The notes: generated from the sequence alone by a model not told the origin. 64,000 nucleotides of DNA from Octopus sinensis (GCF_006345805.1 NC_043001.1:5456001-5520000), one strand, 5' to 3'. Positions 1 through 12,419 are shown, counted from the first letter of the stretch. Numbers and translations are program-made.

Positions 1-1080
1 AAATATCTTATTGCTTTTAAAACTATTTTACTTTCAATTTTCGGTCATTTATTTTTGTTATGAATTTAATATTTTATATTTGACCTCATAAAACATTTTT
101 ATTTCTCTGCTCGATTGGATTTTCATTAGATTTTGACATCAATCGTATTTGATGAGCAAGTGATTTTCAGCAAGTTTTCCTGCAACGAATCTACTTTTGG
201 TGTCCATCTGCTTTTAGGTTTTCATCATATTGTATTTGTTTTAATTTTAATCTTTATTTACAATTTAGAAACGAAAACATCTAGACTGCGTTATGGTATA
301 TTAATGTAAGTAAAGCTAATTTGAAAAAAAATATACAAGTCGTTTTAAGATTTGGTTACATTTTCAACAGCAAAATATATTTTCATATACATATATGTGT
401 GTGGGGGTGGGTGAACGCACTTGTGCGTGTGGGGAAGCATTGAGCTAGGGAGACGTTGGTGTAACACTTGTCGCAAAGACATAGAAGTGTAGGCTCGTGT
501 CCCCGGGGCACGGACAAAGCTACTGTTTACTGTTGAGGGATTATAGCATTAGACAATTTACCATAGTCAATGCTAAGCGAATACTCATGAGCTTCAGCTT
601 ATGAAAAATATTATTGTTATTTAGAGATTGTAAAATAGACATCACTTGCAAATGTATATATATATATAATTTCAATAAAAACAATTAAGTTTCAAGTGAG
701 TTCTAATGAATTCACGTGAATGCGGTACTTAACTTAGATGCACCAGAAATCAATATGGTATTAACCATAAAATAATGTGGGGTTAATATAAACAAGAAAA
801 AAGTAACAAGAATGGATTAGTTGTTCAGTACAATTCTTCCATACGAAGAACAGCTTTATTAAAAGCTGCAAATATTGCAGCAAATACAAATGTCCCGCAT
901 TCATCAGCCAAAACACATATGAGTTTTCCAAACATCCTAGGGGGTGAGGCTACACTCATGAAGTATCGAAGAGAGTTCTATGAAAAGCAAAGTTAGATTG
1001 TAAGCAGACTTCAAATGTTCTCTAATGATGCACAGTTTTATAAAAGGCTTTTAAAAAAGTTTGTTAGCTTCACAGAAAAG

Positions 1081-1151
1081 GTTAATCCATCCATAATAAT
1101 GCAGGTGTAATTTCCGGATATTATACCTGCATTATTATGGATGGATTTAAC
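1081..1151. repeat. Near-perfect 71-bp palindrome/hairpin
   Basis: gttaatccatccataataatgcaggtgtaat (1081-1111) pairs with attatacctgcattattatggatggatttaac (1120-1151) with one bulge and one G.U pair; the centre is ttccggat. Confidence 0.9.
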
Positions 1152-1179
1152 TTCTGAGTGACTCAGATTTACCATCTGA

Positions 1180-1533
1180 GTGCCTTGGATACCAATTCCT
1201 GGATTTTTACACCTACGGATTACTGTTACCATTCTACCGGAGTACGCCACTGAAATCGTGATTGAAAATCAAAAAAATTTGTCCGTGACTCTACCACTTT
1301 TTCCTCGACCTTTTCTACCTTTCTTCTCCTACCTCCATTTTTCCACTTTTGTCGCCACCATTTTTTCCTCTATCTTCCCTTCTCTGGATATTTCCTTCTC
1401 CTATGTTTCCGACGAAGAGCTCCGCTCGAAACGTTAAACACTCCTTCTTTCTTTCTTTCCTGAGCGTCCAATAATACTATATTTGTTCCACGTCCTCGCA
1501 TTGTTGTGTTTTTTTGTGCTTTCTTGTTTGGAT

Positions 1534-1537
<4 letters not shown>
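1180..1537 (+). mobile_element. Non-coding pyrimidine-rich repeat resembling a Penelope-like element terminal repeat (pLTR), with a hammerhead-like motif, ending in (TA)n
   Basis: CCGACGA-A-GAGC(TCC)GCTC-GAAA-CGTT...AGCGTC at 1409-1468. Related copies lie at 43170-43235 (+) and 48245-48310 (-). The PLE assignment is inferred from the motif; no PLE coding sequence was seen. Confidence 0.55.
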
Positions 1538-1608
<71 letters not shown>

Positions 1609-1610
<2 letters not shown>

Positions 1611-2156
1611 TGTTGCCGAGGTTCTTCTGGATCTCTTCCCTGCCAAAAGAAGCTGAAATCCTGCTCTTTGAGTTTGCCGTTTGAGGGAAGTCTTGTCTCC
1701 TGCAGCCCAGCAATATCTATGTTGAGCCTCTTTAGTTCACGGTCAATGATGGCCGTTTTCCTTGTGTCTTCAATCCTGAGAAGATCATCAGATATTCCAG
1801 GACACATGGTCCTGACATTCCAGCTTACCAACCGCAGAACTGGTGTTTTCTTGACTTTTAGTTGCTTGCCTGGTGCAGAGGTTGCAGGCCGCTTTTCGAG
1901 TCATACTCTTAGCTCCAAGCACCCAATGGAGCCGGCGGCTTGTGGCGGGTCAGCACCTTATTAACTGGGGGCTGCCCAGCTTGAGGTGGGCAGTAGCTAA
2001 CCAATAGGACACGGAGGTCCCTCCCACCGTCAGAGGTAACCCGTAGCGCCCATATTTTACGCCAATCTGAATGGACTTATCACTCGTGACTGTTACCTCC
2101 CGTGTTGTTTCTGCAGCTTATTACAGCAGCACTGAAGTGTCCTCTCCAGTTTTGGC
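1609..2156 (-). mobile_element. Inverted 5' segment of an RTE-clade LINE (5' UTR plus N-terminus of the APE endonuclease)
   Basis: Minus-strand translation gives LVSWNVRTM...RELKRLNIDIAGLQETRL...FFWQGRDPEEPRQH, the APE N-terminal motifs. It stops exactly where the plus-strand part resumes (GVGFAVRNSLL at 2154). 1860-2156 is a GC-rich 5' UTR. Confidence 0.92.
1942..2156 (-). ncRNA. Candidate HDV-like self-cleaving ribozyme at the RTE 5' end
   Basis: Manual fold on the minus strand in HDV order: P1 GCCAAAA (2156-2150) with UAUUGGU (2006-2000), 6/7 pairs including G1.U; P2 GUGGGAG (2027-2021) with CCCGCCAC (1949-1942), imperfect; P3 GGAC/GUCC around L3 CUCCGU (2020-2007); P4 hairpin CUGCCCA/UGGGCAG (1993-1972); J4/2 GCUGA (1954-1950). 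P1.1 is not clean. Confidence 0.45.
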
Positions 2157-4028
2157 GTCGGCTTTGCAGTGAGAAACTCACTACTCTCCTCAATAGAACC
2201 ACCATCGGGAGGCACTGAGTGTATCCTCTCACTGCGCCTCTCGACTTCTTCTGGCACAGTACATCTACTCAGCATCTATGCTCCCACTCTCTACAGTTCA
2301 GAGGAGACCAAGGACCAGTTCTACAAAGATCTCAACTGTGTCATAGAAAATATACCAACGACTGAAAATATCTACCTTCTAGGGGATTTTAACGCTCGCG
2401 TGGGATCTGACCATGATTCGTGGCCCATTTGTGTTGGACACTTTGGTATTGGCAACATGAATGACAATGGTCAGAGACTACTCGAATTTTGCACATACCA
2501 CAACCTGTGCATCACAAACACATTCTTTACCAACAAGGCATCCTGGAGACATCCAAGATCTAACCACTGGCATCAGCTGGATCTCATCATTAAACGGAGA
2601 TCCTTTCTGAATTCTACTCTATTGACACGCAGTTACCACAACGCGGATTGTGACACAGACCACACACTAATTAGAAGTAGGGTGAGGATTCTGCCGTAAA
2701 AAGTCCATCGCCCCAAGAAAGGGGGCCGACCACGCATCAACACCGCCAGAACCTCGGACCCTACACTGCGAAAATGTTTTACTGCTTCTATCAAGGTTGC
2801 CCTCAGTAGCTGCCCAACCTCCTCTGCTGAAAGTAGGTGGGACTATATCAGGGAAGCCTTGTATACGACATCAATGGATACTTTCGGCATGAGAGAAAGG
2901 CAAAACCCAGATTGGTTCAATGCTGGGCTCTCAGAGCTGGAGCCAGTTATCGAAGCAAAGCTTGCAGCTCTGGTGCAATACAAGAGTGACTCTTCTACAA
3001 AGTCACTCGAACAACTCAGAAAGGCACGAAATAAAACCCAACTGACAGCCAGACGCTGTGCAAATAGGTATTGGCAGGAAATCTGTCAGAGTATCCAGTC
3101 AGCTGCTGACAGGGGCGACACCCGTGAGATGTATGCCGGTTTGAAGAAGGCCCTCGGTCCATCCGCAACCAGGTCAGCCCCTCTGAAATCAACTACTGGA
3201 GATCTCATCAGGGATCAAGGCAAGCAAATGGATAGATGGGTGGAGCACTACCAGGATCTCTACTCACGGGAGACCACAGTGGCTGAGGCTGCGTCGAGAG
3301 TGTCAAGATCTTGCCAGTCATGTGCGAACTTGACAGTCTGCCATCTATAGCAGAGCACACCAAGGCTGTTGACTCCTTAGCAAGAAATAAGGCTCCGGGA
3401 AAAATACGGCATCCCCTCAGAGATCATCAAAACCGGCAAAAACACCATCCTGCTTCGGCACCGTCATGAGCTTCTGTGTCAGTGCTGGGAAGAGGGTACA
3501 TTCCCTCAGGATATGCGGGATGCTAACATCATTACGCTTTACAAAAACAAAGGTGACCGTGGTGATTGTAACAATTACCGTGGTATATCCCTTCTAAGCA
3601 CTGTTGGAAAAACCTTTGCCCGCGTTATCCTGGCCAGGCTACAACAACTTGCTTCTCGAATCTATCCGGAATCGCAGTGTGGTATTAGAAGAAGCAGATC
3701 AACTATCGATATGATATTCTCCATACGCCAACTTCAGGAGAAGTCCAGAGAGCAGAAAATGGCATTATATATGGCCTTCATTGATCTAACAAAGGCTTTT
3801 GACTCGGTAAGCAGAACAGGTCTCTTCATCCTGCTCCCAAAAATCGGATGTCCACCAAAGCTGCTGAGGATCATCAAGTCTTTCCATGATGACGTGCAAG
3901 GCACCATACAGCACAACGGTTCAACATCAGCCGCCTTCAAATAAAAAACGGGGTAAAGCAAGGTCGTGTCCTCGCTTCCACATTGTTTGGCATCTACTTC
4001 TCACTCTTACTTTCACATGCCTTTCAGA
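2153..4028 (+). mobile_element. RTE-clade LINE ORF2 pseudogene (APE endonuclease and N-terminal half of reverse transcriptase), 3' end missing
   Basis: Endonuclease motifs SIYAPT, LLGDFNARVG, WRHPRSNHWHQLD and DCDTDH. RT motifs NYRGISLLS, ESQCGIRRSRSTIDMIF, FIDLTKAFDSV and GVKQGRVLASTLF. There is an in-frame stop at 2697-2699 and frameshifts near 3300-3410 and 3940. Homology ends before the YADD motif, next to a (CT)n tract. Confidence 0.95.
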
Positions 4029-4043
4029 AGTGGGCTGTCTGTT

Positions 4044-4101
<58 letters not shown>

Positions 4102-4170
4102 TCCTCTTTCTTTCTATATAACATAATGCGGGACTGGAAACCCAACCATCCAGCCAACCTTAATATTTAT

Positions 4171-4593
4171 CTCTTACTCTTTTACTGTTTTACTTGTTTC
4201 AGTCATTTGACTGCAGCCATGCTGGAGCACCGCCTTTAGTCGAGCCAATCGACCCCGGGACTTATTCTTTGTAAGCCCAGTACTTATTCTATCGGTCTCT
4301 TTTGCCGAACCGCTAAGTAACGGGGACGTAAACACACCAGCATCGGCTGTCAAGCAATGCTAGGTAGACAAACACAGACACACAAACACACACGCATACA
4401 CACACATATATATATATATATACATATATACGACAGGCTTCATTCCGTTTCAGTCTACCAATTCCACTCACAAGACATTGGTCGGCCCGGGGCTATAGCA
4501 GAAGCCACTTGCCCAAGATACTACGCAGTGGGACTGAACCCGGAATCATATGGTTGGTTAGCAAGCTACTTACCACACAGCCACTCCTGCGCC
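4171..4593 (-). mobile_element. tRNA-derived SINE, family A (resembles the octopus OK/OR-type SINEs), full length
   Basis: Reverse complement of the 62211-62628 copy: tRNA-like head, CORE-like ttgggcaagt segment, internal (TA/TG)n, and 3' tail ggcggtgctccagcatggc..cagtcaaatgactgaaacaagtaaaa. Confidence 0.9.
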
Positions 4594-5574
4594 CTATCGG
4601 TGATTTATTGTCAATGAAATACATCTTCTGCAGTTGAGTCGATGTACTTAGTTCTGAAAAATTTTGTCATTTTGATGTCAATTGGAACAACGAATCAATT
4701 GGCAGACAACAGACACTCGCTTCTCAAAGAATGAAGATATACAAATGCTAGAGAATCACCGAAACAAGCTTCATTTTCGTGTTTAAAGGCAGTGATTTAT
4801 CGCAGGTATTAAGAAGCACAAGGCTTAATTTGAATTTAAAACCGGAGCAATTCATTTGCAATGAAATTCGCTGATTTTAGTCTGACAAGTACGTATCTGG
4901 ACAGCAGAATATTCAAAATGATCCGATTTTTTACACTGGCGATATTAATTCCTTTTATTATTTTTGTTCTGGAAGGAAAATTTGTTTTTGATATGTAAGT
5001 AAATTTGTGTTTACCAACGACTGGTTCGAAGTATTACGGAATTACTGATTTGCTGAAGGAACTAAAAAGTCCACACTCTGCCACAAATTTAATTAAATTT
5101 AATTGATTAAATTAAATACAATTCTCTGTACTTTAATGTAAATGATACAGATTTCTTGATACTCAACTATGTAAGTTTTAGAAAACTATTGTTCCGGTTA
5201 CAGTAATCTGAAATTAGTACACTTAAATTAGTGGAGATTACAAGAGATTACCACGTATCAGAATCCGGTAATTCAGTTTTCTATTTATCTTATACGAATG
5301 ATAATCTCTATATTTCACGTTATGTTAATATATACACGTGTGTGTGTGCGTGTGTGTGTGTGCGTGCGTGTGTGTGTGTGCGTGCGTGCGTGTGTGTGTG
5401 TGTGTGTGCGTGCGTGCGTGCGTGTGTGTGTGTGCGTGTACAGAATGATATATGTGTGTGTTTATAGCTGAATATATATACATATGTCTGTGTGCGCATA
5501 TATGTATGACTTGCGTACTTGTGTCTGTGACGATCCCTCCGCTCACCACAGAACAACTCCTGTTTGTAGTAAAG

Positions 5575-6100
5575 ATTGTTTGCTAATATTACATGGCCGT
5601 TAAGGTTTAGGACGAATATTGCTGTAATTTAGACCCAGGAGACATTTACAGCAAATTACAAGAACATTTGACCTAAACCAGGACTGCCATGTTATGTTGG
5701 CAAACAACTTTTACTACAAAGTACTGTTGCTGAACATCTCACATTATGAGATTTAAAAATATTAATTTTCTAAATCGTGTTACTTTTTCTACTTTCCGTA
5801 ACTTAGCAGTTGTGCAACACACCCCTATAGAATAAGTACGATGCTTGAAATAATTTTGTACTGAGAATTACTCGTTGGGCTGGAAGACGGTGCTGAAGCA
5901 TGGCTGCATTTTAAACAGTTTAAAGATAATAGACAGAAACGAATTAGAAAATTACTATTTCTAAATCTCACAACGAGAGATATTCAGCAACTGTACTTTG
6001 TTATAAATATTGTTTTCCAATATAACATGCAGTCCTAGTCTAGGACGAATGTTGCTGTAATTTAGTCCCAGGAGACATCGTCTCCAGCTGGCTATACAAA
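5575..6100 (+). repeat. Degenerate SINE-like fragments, including two copies of aggacgaat(a/g)ttgctgtaatttag(a/t)cccaggagacat (~5608-5645, ~6041-6080)
   Basis: Direct repeat seen in sequence. 5790-5910 resembles the 3' half of family A SINE. Confidence 0.55.
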
Positions 6101-8374
6101 CGAACTTGTACCCAAGTTTGGAACTTTCAAAATTGCAAAATGTTAAGTAAATACAAATGAATTCCTTATTCTTCGAATATAGCCAACTACGTGCATTCTC
6201 TTATTTTACATCTAGATTGAAAATCTGCAGTTGCAAATTTTCCGAAAGTAAAAATAATTTGTATGATGACACTATAAATTAAACATCGATATTCCTTTAA
6301 ATTCTACTTGAAAATCTGCCACATTATGTTTCCGAAGAAATATGATATAAGTATATACCTGGATAAGGTAAAATAAAATATCGTATATTTTGTAAAAGCC
6401 TATAATTTGATACAGTATTATCAAATAGAAAATGGTTGAAATAATGACGGTTCTGAGAAAAATTGAAAGTTTTGGAAAGTGTATATCAACGTTTCAAAAA
6501 ATATCTATTGGTGTATCCATTTTATCTTAACATTCGGTTAAGTTTGAAAGGCATTTAAAAAATTACCTACAAAAATCGACAAAATTAAGTGTAAGGAACT
6601 TTATATAACGACAATCATTACGATAATCATTTGAGTGTTATATTTTAAAATGGCAGCGCGAATGAATATGTTAGTCAAAGTGAAAAATGATATAACTTTA
6701 CGTTATATAAATAATAAAGAGATTGTTATCAAATTACGATGAAGAAATACTGAAGAAACAATCATCACAAATTCTTATTTTTTTATTATTTAGTCATGGC
6801 ATTTCTTCCCGTGCATTTATCTAAGAGATTGTAATTGAAGTTATTGTCGATACATTATCTCACCGGCATGTTTCTCCACTATACCACAAAAAGGTTTCTC
6901 TATAATCTGTATTTAATGATGATGGATATAAATGTTAACGGGTTGTTTGGTTGATTGTCCAGTCGCGCTTCATACTCTAAGATGAAGGAGGAAAACGGAC
7001 ACACAAGTAGAAATCATAATACATATCCATTTAATAAATTCTATACAGATTAATTTTCGCTGGACTAGATTGCAGTTATGTTGGTAACTTTTAGAAAAGC
7101 CATCATAAACGTTTATTGCACAAAGCCAAAATTTGCTTCGTTTCATTTATTTTAATGTATTGATTAAGTTTTGCTCTAAAAATCAGTTTACATATCGTCA
7201 TTTTGTATTGGCAATCAAGAAATTGAATAAAAGACTATAATTATTATATGTATGCTGTATTTTTTCATAGTTCCCATGGAGGAAATTTCCGAAGTCTCCC
7301 CTTATATGACGGATAGCAGTGGAAATGATACGTAACCTGCTGGATGTGTTCAGACTTTCAACAACAAAACTAAAGATTATAAGAAACAAAGAATTTGATC
7401 GGAGTATTGAGACAAATCTGGCTTTGAATGTGGTGCCTTATATGCCGATGTATACATCATTGGACGTCTCAGCTGATACCATGCATTGTAAACGTCATAT
7501 GAGTAAAGTACCATTGACTTGATGAGTAGCTAGCGGAGTACACATCTTTTGGGTACAAAGTAAATTCTAGTCCTAGGTTCTGCTAGCTAGGGAACATGCG
7601 TAGCCTGGATTTTACCAATTCCATTACCTGAATAAAAGGATATATATATCCTAATGGAATAACTATTATAAAAAGATTTGTGGGATGAGGCTGAACAATA
7701 AATTAAACTACAGGAAGGGAAAGAATACAAAACAAGCAATGTAGTAGTTTTACCTTATATTTCTATATTTCCGGTTTATGGTCCCTTCTTCAGGACATTC
7801 TGAAAAGCGAGCGAGCCTTACATGTATGGGAGACATTTGTATTCGCAGACGTGTACTGTTATAGTAACTAGTATGCGCCATGATGTTCTTCTCTGTTGTT
7901 AACAGTTGCAATGTTTTGTTTATTTCTATTATTTTACTCATCTTTTTATTTCACGTCCATAATTCATTTAATTTGGTTGCAAGCTTATGTCCACGGACGA
8001 GTATTTTATTTCGTATATTAATTTTTTATACTCATCTAATATTTTTCAATGTGTTTTCACATTATATCAAATTGGACAGCAACATATTTCTCTTGAGAAA
8101 AAACACACAAGCACATACATACATACATACATATATATATGTACACGGATGACAATGATTCAATGTTGAAATAACTCCATTACGTTAGAGTACTTTCAAG
8201 GATACAACTGCGCATGTACAGTAAATATGACAGCTTCTGCACACCAATCACCCTAATCCCTTCATGAAAGTCTCCCTAGTATATATTATATATTATATAT
8301 ATATATATATATATTATGTATATATATATATTCATATACATACATACACATGCACACACACATACATATATATA

Positions 8375-8830
8375 CTAGCAGCATAGCCCGGCGTTGCCCG
8401 GGTATGTAAGAGCCCCTAGAAGGCAACGACTAATCCCAATCTAGTCCTTTCCCTCTAGGGAACGAAGGCGCATGTGTAGGTTGCAATGTCTTCTCTTCAC
8501 TCGAATACTTCTGTGTATACGATGTTCTTAGCTGTCCCTTTGGGCGAAAACATGAAAACATCAGTGCGCCTCCCAACACGTGAACAGCCCACGTACACCC
8601 CAGAAAATGTGTTGCATATAAAAAGCTTAGATTCTCGACCCCATGTCGAATTTATCGATTTTTTCAGAACTGGGGGAACTTTTCAAAATTTTCGCTGCGT
8701 TAGTTTTGAATTATGACATTGGGCTATGTGTGTGTCAAGTTTCATCAGAATCGGTTGAAAGCCGTGGTCAGGGTGAGGGTACAACCTGACAGACACACAG
8801 ACACACAGACAGACAAACTGCCGTTATATA
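8375..8830 (+). mobile_element. Non-autonomous Helentron/DINE-1/Lep1-like rolling-circle element
   Basis: Starts ACTAG...cccggcgttgcccggg (short inverted repeat), contains aagtttcatcagaatcggttg, ends with an (ACAG)n-like microsatellite followed by ttatatata. Flanked by (TA)n on both sides. This is the known architecture of these elements. Confidence 0.7.
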
Positions 8831-8836
8831 TATATA

Positions 8837-8878
<42 letters not shown>

Positions 8879-8884
8879 CCATCC

Positions 8885-8924
<40 letters not shown>

Positions 8925-10378
8925 GGATGCAATAAATCCTAAAGGACTATGATTTGACTTTGATTTACGGTGCTTATATTGCTTTCTTTTCAATCTAATT
9001 ATAAGGGGTGTATCTTACTTTTGTTGCCTTGCGTGTACTGGGTATATATTTATAGGTTGTGCTTTAGACGTGCTGTTTTTTACGCATATATTTTGCAAAA
9101 TCAGTAACGTTTATCTCCGGCCCTGTTTGTAGTATTATTATATTTTGCTTTCCATTCTCGTTTACTTTCTCGGCTATATACTTATATTGTTTTTCATATT
9201 TACCATTCAATACTCTCCCAGAATAATTGGTGTTTTACTTTGTAGGATATTGCGCTACTATTTTCTAATTTCATCTGCAGACGACTTTTTTATTTTCATG
9301 ATTTGTCAGATGTTTTTTTTCCCCACATTTCAAATACGTGATTCTGATTAAATTGAAGTCATCTTTTTTTCTGAGATTCTTCTGAAGAATTTCTGTGCTT
9401 ATAGATATTTATTTTAATTTTCTTCCGATTCGAGATTTCTTGTTTCTTTCCATATATATTCTGATAAATAAGCCTGAATGTATGTCACACTTTAATTTTA
9501 TTTACTTTTCAATTCTAATTGTCTCGATTTCCGTTTGGGTGAATTGGAGTAAATACTTTCAAATTTAACCGATTTTGTATGAAAGAAGGCTTCTCCCTTT
9601 CGTGTGAGGTTTCATGTGTAGTAGTCATTAAAATATGGTGCGATTCCTTGTTCCTCGCTAGCAACATGCTTCCTTTACTCTATCATTTGTCTAAGTTTTT
9701 CAGGTTATCAATACAGCGTTTCTGGTTCTTTTACTTTCTGCGATTTCTAACAACTCAGTATTCATGTTTGCATTGCTACTAGGAAATAACGATATTGTGT
9801 TTGTTTATTTGAATTTATCTTTTGTGTCACGTTGTTATATTTATCAATTTTATCATGAATGTTTCATTAATATAATTTCAAGGGAAAGCCTCCACCGGCA
9901 ATTACAGATAGATTTCTAAGCGAACTGCAATCCTTTAAGATTCTTATAAGATTTTATTCCCTGTTGACCTATACATTCAATTGTGGTATATTCGACTGTT
10001 TTACATGTTGCCATGCAGGTTCAAGAATACGGAAGAAGCATTTTAAAAAATAGTTGTATGTTATTTCTGCTCGGCTTTATATCACTTACCATGTTTGCAT
10101 AGGTTTTACTCATTTTTATTTTTACCTTGGGTTTTTACGTACGTTTATACTGTGATATATGTTTAGTTTTCATTTCTGAGGGATAGAATATTTTGCCTTA
10201 TGTTAAGCATAATGGAATCTGTTAATCACTGTTCGGAATTTTTGGTCTTTTTGTGTTGCATGCGTTTTCTTTTGAATCCGAATCGTTTTACAAAGCTACC
10301 TGCTTAAGACTTTCAGTCCCCAACTACACAGAAATAAATGAGTTTCGAGGAGGCTACGGATGTTGGCTCATTATTATA

Positions 10379-10783
10379 TCTCTTTTCTCTTTTACTTGTT
10401 TCAGTCATTTGACTGCGGCCATGCTGGAACACCGCCTTTAGTCGAGCAAATCGACCCCGGGACTTATTCTTTGTAAGCCCAGTATTTATTCTATCGAACT
10501 CTTTTGCCGAACCGCTAAGTGACGGGGACGTAAACACACCAGCATCGGTTGTCAAGCAATGCTAGGGTGACAAACACAAACACACAAACACACACACACA
10601 CACATACATATACATATATACGACATGCTTTTTTCAGTTTCCGTCTACCAAATCCACTCACAAGGCATTGGTCGGCCCGGGGCTATAGCAGAAGAAACTT
10701 GCCCAAGATGCCACACAGTGGGACTGAACCCGGAACTATGTGTTGGTTAGCAAGTTACCTACCACACAGCCACTCCAGCGGCT
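10379..10783 (-). mobile_element. tRNA-derived SINE, family A, full length
   Basis: Highly similar to 4171-4593 and to the reverse complement of 62211-62628. Confidence 0.9.
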
Positions 10784-11531
10784 ATATATTTATTTTAGCA
10801 TAATACTGTCTTCTGCTCGAGCTATTTCAGAAAGTGACCATACACCAACTGGGTCACATTTTCCATACTCTTTCCACAGAATGTGCATTTCTGGGTGTCA
10901 GAAGATTGATTATGTACCTAGCTTAGATACATGCTGGGGGTTAATTCGATCGACTAAGATTCTTCAGTTCGGTGCCGCAGAATGATTAAAGTTTTGATAG
11001 CGGAAATTAGATCGTCCATCAACACCGTACAAAAGATTGATATGCGAATCTGTTCAACACAATAAAACGGAATATTGCTACATTGCCGTACTCCAACAAG
11101 ATTTTACACAATGTATACCATTTTGTAATTTTCCTCAAAGATACACACTGAGCTATTGATTGTTCCAGAGAAAACACAGATAATCAGCAATTTTTGATAC
11201 ATGAAATATGTCATGCTGAACTGGCATTCAATGTAACTTCGGCTATGGTAACTGTATTTTTCAAATATATGTCCTATGATTATAAGTTGTTCCCAATTCA
11301 TAACCTAACAAGTGCTCTTCAAGAAAAAATTTATAGGTGAATATACTGCTGTTGTGGATATAATTATATCTCTTATTATGACAATAATGGGAACATGTCA
11401 TTGCAATGTGTTCAGAGCGCAGGTATACGGTATCGATATATATAAAGATGTAAAACAAAACACACAAATATAAGAATGTATATTTTTATTTATATTTCGC
11501 GGAAATAACAATTATGAAGGTCCGAGTATGC

Positions 11532-11564
<33 letters not shown>

Positions 11565-12419
11565 CTTGTATACACTTATGTATGTAGGCATGCCTGAATA
11601 TATATGATTATATATATATATATATATGCATGTATATATGTATGTATATATATATATATATATATGTTATATATATTTATATTTATATACATATATATAT
11701 ATGTATATAAATATCTATGTATATATATATATACATGTATTTGTGTATATATACAACTATATGTGTGTGTATATAAGGTCGAACCAAACATCTGACCCAT
11801 CCTGACAACAGCATTTTCAAATAGCAAATAAGTAGAACAGCACATACTCCACCATCATATGACTACCATTTCTTTCTTTCCTTCCATTACATTCCACCCC
11901 TTCCAATCAACTACACACCTGCAATGTGGCCCACATACTCCAATGAAACTTTTCATTGGTTGGTCAAGATTGATACACAACCCTCACATGAGTATCCATT
12001 AATGCTATATCACCCGACGAAATGACTGCATGAACATGATCTTCTAGATGTCCTTGGATAATATAGACTACGCAGTAATGACTCCCAAAATACGGACAAT
12101 GATCTTAAGAAACCTATATTTTGTAGAAACGCCTGTAGCGATGCGTTAAAATACGCATAAATTCCTTCCATGTATGGTTATTATTATTGTTATATTTATC
12201 CTACATTGTATATTTATCCTATATTTATCGGCACATTGTAACGGTTTAATACGAGCATTTATATACATATTCAAAACATTTCAGATACGTATCTAAAACG
12301 TTTATATATAAATATTAATACAAGTATATATATATAATATATTTATATTATAAATATATATTAAATCTATATATATATATATTATATATATATATATTAA
12401 TATATGAATTTATTGATTG

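Noticed and set aside
780-1010. CSKYKCPAFI, resembling a FLYWCH/MULE zinc finger
   Set aside because: Too short; no histidine pair and no downstream transposase motifs.
1038-1250. Minus ORF with VKSIHNNAGIISGNYT, resembling a Crypton/DUF3504 tyrosine recombinase motif
   Set aside because: The similarity lies entirely within the 1081-1151 palindrome, and the essential NHS.R.T and TGH motifs are absent.
7300-7620. ECGALYADVY, resembling a GIY-YIG endonuclease fragment
   Set aside because: No proper GIY/YIG spacing, several stops, and the wrong strand relative to the nearby hammerhead-like motif.
10930-10985. CUGAAGA on the minus strand
   Set aside because: No GAAA box follows; the sequence is better explained as a decayed SINE tail on the plus strand.
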